DNA from: an uncultured Collinsella sp.
GTDB taxonomy: Bacteria; Actinomycetota; Coriobacteriia; Coriobacteriales; Coriobacteriaceae
DNA length: 64,000 nt
Assembly: GCA_959604825.1 (NCBI GenBank)
Contig: CAUHCN010000004.1
Span: forward strand, 4,815 to 68,814
Direction: 5' to 3'
The notes under the pieces were generated by a model. That model searched no databases. It saw only the letters and a program-made list of their open reading frames with translations, and was not told the DNA's origin. Positions 19,469 to 28,348 of this stretch are shown one piece after another. Numbering within the stretch: the stretch's first letter is position 1; each line of letters opens with the position of its first letter. The position numbers were made by a program, and so were the translations under genes.

Positions 19469-20659
19469 GTGCAATATCGCGTTGACCCCAAAAGTGGTAA
19501 CCGAATATCCGCTCTGGGTCTGGGCTGCATGAGATTTCCCGGTGCGCCGGGACACCCCGATGCGAAGACAGCCGATGCCATCATTTCCCGTGCGGTGGAG
19601 CAGGGGATTAATTATCTGGATACCGCGTATCTCTATCCCGGTAACGAGGTGTGCGTGGGCGCCTCACTTGAGCGCCTGGGTCTGCGCGACCGCGTGTTGC
19701 TCGCGACTAAGTTGCCGCACGCTTCGTGCAAGTGCGCGGAGGATTTCGACCGGTTCTTCGACGAGCAACTGCGCCGCCTGCGGACCGACCATATCGACTA
19801 TTACCTTATGCACAACATCACTTCGCCCGCCCAGTGGGAGCGCGTGGTGGCGTTGGGCATCGAAGACTGGATTGCGCACCAAAAGGCTGCGGGGCGTATT
19901 CGCCAGATAGGTTTTTCGTATCACGGCAGTGCGGCGGACTTCCTGACGATGCTCGACGCGTATGACTGGGATTTTTGCCAGATCCAGTACAACTACGCTG
20001 GAGAGCGCTACCAAGCGGGAACGGCGGGACTTATAGCAGCCGCCGAGCGCGGGCTCGCGGTGTTTGTGATGGAACCGCTTTTGGGCGGACGCCTGGCGGG
20101 CAAGCTGCCTCCGCGGGCCCGCGCCGTGCTCGATGACGTACGCGATCCGTACCTGAAGACGCCGGCTGCTTGGGGCCTTTCGTGGGTGTGGAACCATCCT
20201 CAAGTCACGATGCTGCTTTCGGGCATGACCGATACCGCGCAGGTGGACGAGAACGCGGTGCTGGCCGATCGGGCCCTGCCGGATTCGATGACAGCCGCTC
20301 AGCTCGATACCATCGCACGCGTGCTGGCGGAGTTTGAAAAATCGAATCGCGTGCCCTGCACGGGATGCGGCTACTGCATGCCATGTCCCAAGGGTATTAA
20401 CATTCCCGGCTGCTTTGCCGCTTACAACGCGAGCTATGCGCACAGCTGGTTTACGGGGCTGTCGCAATACTTTACAGCGAGCGCGGTGCGCACGAGCGAG
20501 CCCAAGCTCGTGAGCAATTGCGTCAAGTGCGGCAAATGTGCGCGTCACTGCCCGCAACACATCGATATCCCCGAGCGTCTCGACGACGCGCGCCGACGTT
20601 TCCAGCCTGGCCCCGTAACGGCCGCGCTTAAAGTCTTCAGCAAAACTCGCTCCTCATGA
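19469..20659 (+). CDS. aldo/keto reductase with C-terminal 4Fe-4S dicluster
   Basis: LGLGCMRF, DTAYLY, ATK, CTGCGYCMPCP, CVKCGKCARHCPQ. Confidence 0.92.
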   Translation: MQYRVDPKSGNRISALGLGCMRFPGAPGHPDAKTADAIISRAVEQGINYLDTAYLYPGNEVCVGASLERLGLRDRVLLATKLPHASCKCAEDFDRFFDEQLRRLRTDHIDYYLMHNITSPAQWERVVALGIEDWIAHQKAAGRIRQIGFSYHGSAADFLTMLDAYDWDFCQIQYNYAGERYQAGTAGLIAAAERGLAVFVMEPLLGGRLAGKLPPRARAVLDDVRDPYLKTPAAWGLSWVWNHPQVTMLLSGMTDTAQVDENAVLADRALPDSMTAAQLDTIARVLAEFEKSNRVPCTGCGYCMPCPKGINIPGCFAAYNASYAHSWFTGLSQYFTASAVRTSEPKLVSNCVKCGKCARHCPQHIDIPERLDDARRRFQPGPVTAALKVFSKTRSS

Positions 20660-20738
20660 CCCTTTTATATCTTGTGATGGAATAGTTCCTGTTTGCGGCA
20701 GAATAGGGCGATAGCAGGAACTATTCCACCGCAACTGA
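20660..20738. repeat. palindromic intergenic repeat, copy 1
   Basis: CCCTTTTATATCTTGTGATGGAATAGTTCCTG...CAGGAACTATTCCACCGCAACTGA. Confidence 0.8.
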
Positions 20739-20749
20739 AGGGAGCTGTC

Positions 20750-21769
20750 GTGGGCTATCGGGATTCATGTGATGATTTGCGTGAGGTTCGTTGGGGCGTT
20801 TTGGGCGCTGGGCACATTTCGCATCGATTTGCATCGTCGCTCAAGAAGGTCGACGAGGCACGGCTGGTGGCTGCGGCCGGCCGCACTCCTGCACATGTCG
20901 AGGAATTTTGTCGAGCGTTTTCGATTGATGCCGCGCACAGTTATGCCACGGCTGACGATAGCGGCGATGCGGCTTATGATACGTTGATTGCCGATCCCGA
21001 TGTCGATGCAATCTACTTGGCTCTTCCACATGGCATGCATGCACATTGGGCTTGTCGGGCACTGCGCGCGGGAAAGGCCGTGCTGTGCGAAAAGCCGGCC
21101 GTTTTGAATGAAGAAGAGGCCCATGCGATCGCCTCTGTTTCCCGTGAGTGCGGTGTGCCGTTTATGGAGGCGATGAAAAATCGGTTTTGTCCGATGCATA
21201 CTCGCGTGAAGGGTTTGCTTGCGTCGGGCGAGCTCGGCTGTATCGTCTCGATCGAAAGCGTGCAAAAACTCGATTATGGTGAGTCCCCTTCGAGTTATCT
21301 GCTCGATCCGTTGCAGGGTGGCTGTCTATATGACATGGGCTGCTATGCGGTCGGGTGGTTTGAGGATCTGCTTGCGGGTGCGTGCGATGTTTCGTCTCGT
21401 GAAGTTCGCTGGCGTGACGTATTAGGCGGCCGCGTGGATTGGGCCGATGAGATCCATATGAGTGTCGGCGGTATACCCATTCATATGGTGTGCGACGGCA
21501 AAGCAGCATATGAAAGCCGCTTAACGATTGCCTGCGAACGGGGTTCGGTGGAAATCGAGCGCCTCCATCGCCCCGAGCTCGCCCATGTGAAGTACTCCGA
21601 CGGTCGAGTGCTCGAAATCGACGCCCCATTTGAGGTCGATGATTTCTACGGCGAAATTCAGCATGCGACGCAGCTCGTCCAGACGGGAGAGCTTGAAAGC
21701 CCCGTTATGCCTCTTGCCGCCACGCAGCGCTGCGCGCAGATTATCGATGCGATTCGCTTGACGCTCTAG
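20750..21769 (+). CDS. Gfo/Idh/MocA oxidoreductase
   Basis: WGVLGAGHIS, YLALPH, VLCEKP, GGCLYDMGCY. Confidence 0.9.
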   Translation: MGYRDSCDDLREVRWGVLGAGHISHRFASSLKKVDEARLVAAAGRTPAHVEEFCRAFSIDAAHSYATADDSGDAAYDTLIADPDVDAIYLALPHGMHAHWACRALRAGKAVLCEKPAVLNEEEAHAIASVSRECGVPFMEAMKNRFCPMHTRVKGLLASGELGCIVSIESVQKLDYGESPSSYLLDPLQGGCLYDMGCYAVGWFEDLLAGACDVSSREVRWRDVLGGRVDWADEIHMSVGGIPIHMVCDGKAAYESRLTIACERGSVEIERLHRPELAHVKYSDGRVLEIDAPFEVDDFYGEIQHATQLVQTGELESPVMPLAATQRCAQIIDAIRLTL

Positions 21770-21821
21770 GCTGCGGTGCTGGTGCTCAGGGGGGGGGCTC
21801 GGCGGACCGTGCCCCTGATGC

Positions 21822-21900
21822 CCCTTTTATATCTTGCGGTGGAATACGGTCTGTTTGCGCCAAAATAAGGCACCAATAGACCGTATTTCACCGCAACTGA
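21822..21900. repeat. palindromic intergenic repeat, copy 2
   Basis: CCCTTTTATATCTTGCGGTGGAATACGGTCTG...TAGACCGTATTTCACCGCAACTGA. Confidence 0.8.
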
Positions 21901-21916
21901 TGAGGGGGAGTTGGAG

Positions 21917-22783
21917 ATGCTGACAATCGGGTGTCACCTATCCACGACGAAGGGCTATCGGGCGATGGGGGAGACGGCGTTGTCCATTGGCGCCAATACC
22001 TTTGCGTTCTTTACGCGCAACCCGCGCGGTGGCAAGGCAAAAGACCTTGACATGGATGACGTGGCGGCTCTGCGCGAGCTTATGGCGCAAAACGACTTTG
22101 GACCGCTGGTGGCGCATGCCCCGTATACCTATAACCCCTGCTCCGCTAAGGAGCGGGCGCGCGAGTTTGCCTTGGAGGCTATGGCGGAAGATTTGCAGCG
22201 TCTGGAAGCACTGCCCGGCAACTACTACAACTTCCATCCCGGTGCGCATGTGGGACAGGGGGCAGACACCGGCATTCAGATGATTGTCGACACGCTGTGC
22301 CAGGTGATGTTTGAGGGCCAGCAGACGACGGTATTGCTCGAGACCATGGCGGGTAAGGGCACTGAGGTGGGCCGTAGCTTTGAAGAGCTGGCGTGCATTA
22401 TCGAGGGCGTTGCCGCCAAGTGTCCAGAGCTGTCCGATAAGCTGGGCGTTTGTTTGGACACCTGCCATGTGAGCGATGCCGGCTACGACATCATCCATGA
22501 TCTGGACGGCGTACTCGACGAGTTCGACCGCGTGGTGGGCATCGATCGCCTGCATGCCGTACACATCAACGATTCGAAGAACCCTTGTGGCGCCCATAAA
22601 GATCGTCACGAGTGCATCGGCAAGGGATACCTTGGCAGCGAGGAATTTGGCGGCGGTATGCAGGTTATGCAGAATATTGTATCGAATAGCCGCTTGCGCG
22701 CATTGCCATTTATTTTGGAGACGCCGAATGAACTTACAGGTTATGCGGCTGAAATCAAACTGTTAAGGTCGTTGCAGCAGTAA
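21917..22783 (+). CDS. nfo: endonuclease IV
   Basis: [44 protein letters not shown]. Confidence 0.95.
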   Translation: MLTIGCHLSTTKGYRAMGETALSIGANTFAFFTRNPRGGKAKDLDMDDVAALRELMAQNDFGPLVAHAPYTYNPCSAKERAREFALEAMAEDLQRLEALPGNYYNFHPGAHVGQGADTGIQMIVDTLCQVMFEGQQTTVLLETMAGKGTEVGRSFEELACIIEGVAAKCPELSDKLGVCLDTCHVSDAGYDIIHDLDGVLDEFDRVVGIDRLHAVHINDSKNPCGAHKDRHECIGKGYLGSEEFGGGMQVMQNIVSNSRLRALPFILETPNELTGYAAEIKLLRSLQQ

Positions 22784-22930
22784 TGACTGTCATAAAGTGG
22801 AGTGCTCCATTCACGTTATGGGTTTGTTTCAATCAGTTTTCTAATTGCGGATTCTTCCAAGCGGGTGCATAATAACCCTCAGTTTTTGCAGGCCCCTGAA
22901 TCACGTGGGGTCATTGGAAGGAGACTGATT

Positions 22931-23791
22931 ATGAAGCTCAAGAAGCTTGGCGCATTTGCCGCCACGGGCGCCATGGCACTCGCCCTCGCACTGACGGGCT
23001 GCGGCTCGTCCAACGCCACCTCTGGTTCCGATGCCGGTTCCAGCAGCTCTGACGACGCGAAGGTCGAGAAGGTCGATGGCTCCAAGGAGTACGCGCTCGT
23101 CAAGGACGGTACGCTGACCGTCGGCACCTCTGCCGAGTACGCTCCGTTTGAGTACAAGGACGACAACGGCGACTACCAGGGCTTTGACCTTGAGCTCATC
23201 AAGGCTATCGGTGACAAGCTGGGTCTGGATGTCGAGTACGTCAACAACGACTTCGACACGCTCGTCCCCGGCGTTGCTTCGGGCGCCAAGTATGACGTTT
23301 CCATCGCGGCTATCACCGACACGCCCGAGCGTGAGAAGGAAGTCGCTTTCTCCGATTCCTACTACATGGACGATCAGGCTATCGTGACCAAGGTCGATAA
23401 CACCGACATCACGGCCGACAACTACAGCGAGAAGCTCAACAACGCCGACGCTACCATCATCGTCCAGTCTGGATCGACCGCCGAGGCCTTTGCCCAGGAG
23501 AACTTCCCCAAGGCCAAGATCGTCCCCTACAAGGACGCCACCGAGTGCTTCAGCGCCCTGCAGTCCGATAAGGGCGATGCCGTAGTCACCAACCGCTCCG
23601 TTGCCAGCCAGCTGACCGCCGAGCAGTTCAACACCTGCCAGACCATCAAGCAGGTCAGCACCGGCGAGGAGTACGCCATCGCCATCAACCAGGGCAACAC
23701 CAAGCTCAAGGACGACATCAACCAGGCCATCAAGGACCTGACCGACGACGGTACCGTTGACGCCCTCATGGCTAAGTACAACATCAAGTAA
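22931..23791 (+). CDS. polar amino-acid ABC transporter substrate-binding lipoprotein
   Basis: lipobox LTGC; YAPFEY, GFDLEL, DTPER, FSDSY. Confidence 0.93.
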   Translation: MKLKKLGAFAATGAMALALALTGCGSSNATSGSDAGSSSSDDAKVEKVDGSKEYALVKDGTLTVGTSAEYAPFEYKDDNGDYQGFDLELIKAIGDKLGLDVEYVNNDFDTLVPGVASGAKYDVSIAAITDTPEREKEVAFSDSYYMDDQAIVTKVDNTDITADNYSEKLNNADATIIVQSGSTAEAFAQENFPKAKIVPYKDATECFSALQSDKGDAVVTNRSVASQLTAEQFNTCQTIKQVSTGEEYAIAINQGNTKLKDDINQAIKDLTDDGTVDALMAKYNIK

Positions 23792-23908
23792 AATAGTCAC
23801 TTGATTGCGCGCGGGCCCTTTCCGTTTTGCGGAGAGGGCCTTTGCGCTTTTCTTGACGGAGAGCGTTTCCGTCTCGTTTTGCCGGCAACTTCTACGATAG
23901 GAGCCACC

Positions 23909-25270
23909 TTGTCTCGACTGAACAAAGGAGCCGCGGAGCAGCGTTTTCCACTGCCCGCCTTGCTCAAAAAGCTAGCCTGCGTCATGGCCGTGGCGCTCGC
24001 GCTGGTGTGCGCGGGGGCATATGCGCCCACGACCGCCCAGGCGCTTGAGACCGCAAAGATCACCGCCCGACCCAATACCGGTTCGGGCAGCGCTGTGGTC
24101 GGCGGCACCGAGACGCGAATTACCTGGGAAGTTCAGGCCGATGCCGACGAGGAGCTGAGCGGTCTTTCGCTGACGTTTGTCGACGGCACGACGTTTGGTG
24201 CCGATGACACGCGATTGACGATGCTCTCGGGCGATGACCTCATGGACCGTACGCCCATGAAGCCTACGTGCAAGGTCGACGGCCAGACGCTCAAGATCGA
24301 TTTTGGCGAGACGGCTCCGGCCGGCGGCTATTTCCGTGTCGAGGTCTACGGCGTGACCTTCCCCGTCGAGGGCGGCGACGAGGCTTTTAGCGGCACCTAC
24401 ACGTTGGCTGACGGTTCAACCAAGAAGATCTCAAAGATTCCTTCCGTCGAGATTAAGGGCGTGACGGCATTCGATAACTTCCTGGCCGACCTTAAGGAGC
24501 AGCCGTGGGTCGAGGCATGGAATTCCAACATGTTCCTTCGCCTGTTCCTGAACCCGGTCATTTTGGTTCAGAGCCTGCCGATCGTCTTCAAAGGCTTCCT
24601 CATGTCGCTCTCGATCGTGCTCGTGGCATTTCCGTTGGCCATTCCCTTTGGCTTTGCCTTGTCACTCATGCGCATCTCCAAGTCGCGCATCCTGCGTTGC
24701 CTTGCCGGCATCTATGTGAATATCATCCGCGGTACGCCGGCGTTCCTGCAGATCTACATCGCGTTCTTTGGCCTGCCGCTGGCCGGCGTCAAGGTTGACG
24801 ATTATGTGCTGGGCGTCATCGTCATGGCCATGAACTCGTCCGCCTACCTGTGCGAGATCTTCCGCGCCGGTATTCAGTCGATCCCCAAGGGCCAGAACGA
24901 GGCCGCGCGCTCGCTGGGCATGAACGCCTTCCAGACGCTGCTCTACGTTATGATTCCGCAGACGTTCCGCAATGTCCTGCCTACGCTGACCAGCGAGTTT
25001 ATCCTGCTTTACAAGGATACGTCGCTGCTCGCGGCCGTGGGCGTGGTCGAGATCGTCATGAACGCCCGTACCATCGTGGCCACGACGGGTTCCATTACGC
25101 CGTATGTGGTTGCCGCGCTGTTCTACCTGGTCATCACCCTGCCGCTTGCTCGCTTGGTGAGCGGTCTTGAGGCGAGGCTTCTGGGGACGGCCGAAACCAA
25201 GAAGAAGCGTCCCGCCAAGAGCGCTGGACAGGTCGTCGCGACGCCCGCCGACCACATCGCCGGTCTGTAA
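23909..25270 (+). CDS. amino-acid ABC permease with extra N-terminal extracytoplasmic domain
   Basis: TTG start after AGGAG; IRGTP, EIFRAGI, GQNEAARSLG, KDTSL. Confidence 0.88.
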   Translation: MSRLNKGAAEQRFPLPALLKKLACVMAVALALVCAGAYAPTTAQALETAKITARPNTGSGSAVVGGTETRITWEVQADADEELSGLSLTFVDGTTFGADDTRLTMLSGDDLMDRTPMKPTCKVDGQTLKIDFGETAPAGGYFRVEVYGVTFPVEGGDEAFSGTYTLADGSTKKISKIPSVEIKGVTAFDNFLADLKEQPWVEAWNSNMFLRLFLNPVILVQSLPIVFKGFLMSLSIVLVAFPLAIPFGFALSLMRISKSRILRCLAGIYVNIIRGTPAFLQIYIAFFGLPLAGVKVDDYVLGVIVMAMNSSAYLCEIFRAGIQSIPKGQNEAARSLGMNAFQTLLYVMIPQTFRNVLPTLTSEFILLYKDTSLLAAVGVVEIVMNARTIVATTGSITPYVVAALFYLVITLPLARLVSGLEARLLGTAETKKKRPAKSAGQVVATPADHIAGL

Positions 25271-25282
25271 GGAGGTCCTATC

Positions 25283-26035
25283 ATGAGCGAAACCAATAAC
25301 TCGAACGAGGTCGTCGTCAGCATCAAGAACCTCCAGAAGGCCTTCGGCGATAACGTGGTCCTGCGCGACATCGATCTGGATGTGCACAAGGGCGAGGTCG
25401 TCGTAGTCCTGGGTCCTTCGGGCTCGGGCAAGTCGACGATGCTTCGCTGCATCAATCGCCTGGAGCATCCCACGAGCGGCTCGATCGTCGTTGAGGGCGT
25501 GGACGTTTGCGCCAAGGGCGTCGACCTTAACAAGGTACGTACGCATCTGGGTATGGTGTTCCAGCAGTTCAATTTGTTCCCGCACCTGTCAGTCAAAAAG
25601 AACGTCATGCTCGCACAGCAAAAGGTACTCAAGCGCAGCAAGGAAGAGGCCGAGAAGATTGCCGTCGAGGAGCTGACCAAGGTCGGTCTTGCCGAGCGCA
25701 TCGACTTTATGCCGAGCCAGCTCTCGGGCGGTCAGCAGCAGCGCGTGGCGATCGCCCGCGCCCTGTCGATGAACCCGCACGTCATGCTCTTTGACGAGGC
25801 CACGTCGGCGCTCGACCCCGAGCTTGTTCGCGACGTCCTGGGCGTCATGCGCGACCTGGCACGTGATGGCATGACTATGATCGTGGTGACGCACGAGATG
25901 GGCTTTGCCCGCGACGTCGCCGACCGCGTCGTCTTTATGGACGGTGGCGTTATCGTGGAAGAGGGTACGCCGAGCGAGGTCTTCGACCACCCCAAGAGCG
26001 AGCGCACCAAGGCGTTCTTGGGCAATATCTCGTAG
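25283..26035 (+). CDS. amino-acid ABC ATPase (GlnQ-like)
   Basis: [33 protein letters not shown]. Confidence 0.95.
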   Translation: MSETNNSNEVVVSIKNLQKAFGDNVVLRDIDLDVHKGEVVVVLGPSGSGKSTMLRCINRLEHPTSGSIVVEGVDVCAKGVDLNKVRTHLGMVFQQFNLFPHLSVKKNVMLAQQKVLKRSKEEAEKIAVEELTKVGLAERIDFMPSQLSGGQQQRVAIARALSMNPHVMLFDEATSALDPELVRDVLGVMRDLARDGMTMIVVTHEMGFARDVADRVVFMDGGVIVEEGTPSEVFDHPKSERTKAFLGNIS

Positions 26036-26060
26036 CGGCGCGTCGAAATTGTCGATATAA

Positions 26061-26097
26061 CAAACGGGGATCGGATAGTATCCGGCCCCCGTTTTTG
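26061..26097. terminator. bidirectional terminator
   Basis: CAAACGGGGATCGGATA-G-TATCCGGCCCCCGTTTTTG. Confidence 0.7.
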
Positions 26098-26167
26098 TTT
26101 GGGCATGAGCGACTGTTGTTGTGCGGTGCTCGGCTGTTAGTTGCCTTGCGACTTTCTGGCGGCTTCG

Positions 26168-26587
26168 TTAGGCCAGCTCCGCTCCCAGGGCCTTGCAGGC
26201 CGCCTCGCCCTCATCGTCGGGCGCATCGTAGCAGATGGTGGAGTCCACGACGTTGACGCCGGACTCGTCGGCGTCGGCTTTCCAGTTATCCATCCACTCG
26301 CCCTCGGCCCACGAATAGGAGCCAAAGAGGACGACCTTCTTGTCGCCGAGGACTTCCTTGACCTCATCCCACATCGGCTGGAACTCGTCGTACTCGAGCT
26401 CCTCGGACCCCATGGCGGGGCAGCCGAAGGCGAAGGCGTCATAGTTGGTGACCTTGTCGGCAGAGAAGTCGGCGCAGGAGATGACCTCAGCCTCGGCACC
26501 CGCGGACGTGGCGCCTTCGGAGACGAGGTTTGCCATGGCCTCGGTGTTGCCCGTGCCGCTCCAGTAGACGACGGCGATCTTGCTCAT
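26168..26587 (-). CDS. short-chain flavodoxin
   Basis: YWSGTGNT, GCPAMG, FGSYSW. Confidence 0.95.
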   Translation of the reverse strand: MSKIAVVYWSGTGNTEAMANLVSEGATSAGAEAEVISCADFSADKVTNYDAFAFGCPAMGSEELEYDEFQPMWDEVKEVLGDKKVVLFGSYSWAEGEWMDNWKADADESGVNVVDSTICYDAPDDEGEAACKALGAELA

Positions 26588-26633
26588 GTTGAGTCCTTTC
26601 AGTTGTGCGGCAGGTTGCCGCGGCTTCTATGTT

Positions 26634-27338
26634 CTATCGGGTTGCCTGGGCAAGTTGCGCCAAGCTGCAGCCCTGCTGATAGACAAAGGTGAGGTATTGA
26701 GTGCAAGCGCGGTAGGCGTCAAACATCGCAAGCGCTTGCTCGACATTCGTGTAGACCTTCCAGGCCCCAAAGACCTTGTAGTTCTCGCCGCGCTGGACGA
26801 TAAACTCGTGCACGTCGTCGTAGGGATATCCAAGGAAGTAGCCTATTTCGTGCGGAAACTCGCAGGTGCAGTCGTTGCTGCAGCTAGCTTGCTGGGGTAG
26901 TGCGCATCGAGTCTGGCTACAAGCGCATTCCGCGACGTTATTGCTCGCGAGCGTGATGCGTGATGCCAAATGCACAAGGCATGTCGAAAGGTCTCTCGTG
27001 TCGTAGCCTTCCGAGGCGAGCGCTGTTTGGGCGCGAGGGTCTGCGAAATAGGTGGCGAGGCTTTTGGCTCGGTACACGTACACGAGTGCTCCGCAGGGCC
27101 GCCAGACCAAAACACTCAGGTGGATGCCGAGCGGGTCAAGCTCGCGATTGCACTGGGCGATAACGTTGAGCAGGCGTGCTCGACGTTCTGCGATGGTTTC
27201 GGTTGTGGTCGAGCCGTTCCCGTGGGCGTAGGTGCCTGGATAGGTAAAGAGCGATGCCGGCTTGATGCCCGCGAGCGTGGGAGAGCAGTTGCGCACGACC
27301 GCTGCCTGAAACGTTGGGATATCTATGGTTCGAGTCAC
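26634..27338 (-). CDS. DUF3793 family protein
   Basis: CSPTLAGIKPASL, FPHEIGYFLGYP, WKVY; upstream of flavodoxin. Confidence 0.85.
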   Translation of the reverse strand: MTRTIDIPTFQAAVVRNCSPTLAGIKPASLFTYPGTYAHGNGSTTTETIAERRARLLNVIAQCNRELDPLGIHLSVLVWRPCGALVYVYRAKSLATYFADPRAQTALASEGYDTRDLSTCLVHLASRITLASNNVAECACSQTRCALPQQASCSNDCTCEFPHEIGYFLGYPYDDVHEFIVQRGENYKVFGAWKVYTNVEQALAMFDAYRACTQYLTFVYQQGCSLAQLAQATR

Positions 27339-27466
27339 GGCGCTCCTTACGGATCTAAACTGTTAGCCTAGGAAAACTTATACACGAAAGTAAGCCATGG
27401 TCAACAAAAAAGTTTGAAGAGGGAAACTAATTGACCGAACAGACATGATTTTGGGTTAAGATGGGG

Positions 27467-27483
27467 ACACCCCATGGGGGTAT
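27467..27483. promoter_or_regulatory. probable CsoR-type copper operator
   Basis: ACACCCCATGGGGGTAT C-tract/G-tract pseudopalindrome before the HMA gene. Confidence 0.6.
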
Positions 27484-27512
27484 CTAGATAGTGCTACTTG
27501 AAAGGGGAGCGC

Positions 27513-27896
27513 ATGAGTGACTTGCTCAACCCTGCGAATCTCATCGTGCTGGCCGTCATTGCCGTCGGCATGTTTTTTGGACTGCGTCGCATTGCCGCTT
27601 CGACACACGGGAAGAGTTGCTGCAGCGATGGTACGAGCGGCAAGAAGGCCAAAAAGGTTGTTGTGGTGGATACCGATGCGTCACACTATCCCTATAGCGA
27701 TGAGCTGCTCATCGGCGGCATGAGCTGTGACGGCTGCGCTCAGAACGTAGCCAATGCCCTCAATGCGCTGGATGGCGTGTGGGCAACGGTGACGTATGCG
27801 GACCACACGGCACGCGTGCGCTCTAAGCAGCCGGTTGATCGTGGTGTCCTCGAGACGGCCGTGAAAGATGCGGGCTACTACGTCATGACGCTGTAA
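27513..27896 (+). CDS. membrane-anchored heavy-metal-associated (CopZ-like) protein
   Basis: N-terminal TM, SCC, GMSCDGC. Confidence 0.85.
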   Translation: MSDLLNPANLIVLAVIAVGMFFGLRRIAASTHGKSCCSDGTSGKKAKKVVVVDTDASHYPYSDELLIGGMSCDGCAQNVANALNALDGVWATVTYADHTARVRSKQPVDRGVLETAVKDAGYYVMTL

Positions 27897-27922
27897 GCGC
27901 CGCCCTGGATGCGCTTCCTTGG

Positions 27923-28348
27923 CTAGGCTCGTCCGCGCAGTTCGATGTCTTGGATGTCGTCGAAGTTGATGGCGATGTCTCGGAGCTTGAGGAGCTTGAA
28001 GGCGGGGAGCGCCTCGTCGAGGATGCCGGTGCGGCTGCGATAGCCGTATGTATCGTAATAGTTGACACGAACCAAGTCGCCACGTTTGAGACCCTCGAGC
28101 TTTTTAGAAAGTACGAGGGCTTTTTCTTCCGTGAGCTCACGTTTTGGCTCGACGGTGATTTCCTGCTTGCGCACGAGTTCGTAGTATCCCGTGAGGGCGG
28201 CAAAGGGCATAAACTGTGCGGCGCGGTTGGCGCGCACGGCACCGTTGGCAGTGAGCTTGGGGTCGGCGGCGCGGCGTCTGCCCTCGGGGTCCGCCAGGCG
28301 CTCGAAGGCGGTCGGCGGGCGCACGGGCTGCTGCTTGGGTTTAGGCAC
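27923..28348 (-). CDS. YolD-like protein
   Basis: RAAQFMPFAALTGY motif; start overlaps the polymerase stop. Confidence 0.8.
   Translation of the reverse strand: MPKPKQQPVRPPTAFERLADPEGRRRAADPKLTANGAVRANRAAQFMPFAALTGYYELVRKQEITVEPKRELTEEKALVLSKKLEGLKRGDLVRVNYYDTYGYRSRTGILDEALPAFKLLKLRDIAINFDDIQDIELRGRA

Noticed and set aside
21789..21797. G9 tract as a phase-variation site for nfo
   Set aside because: Intergenic and part of a hairpin (CAGGGG...CCCCTG); no promoter spacing role evident.
20660..21900. CRISPR array
   Set aside because: Only two long diverged repeats separated by a whole gene; no cas genes in the window.
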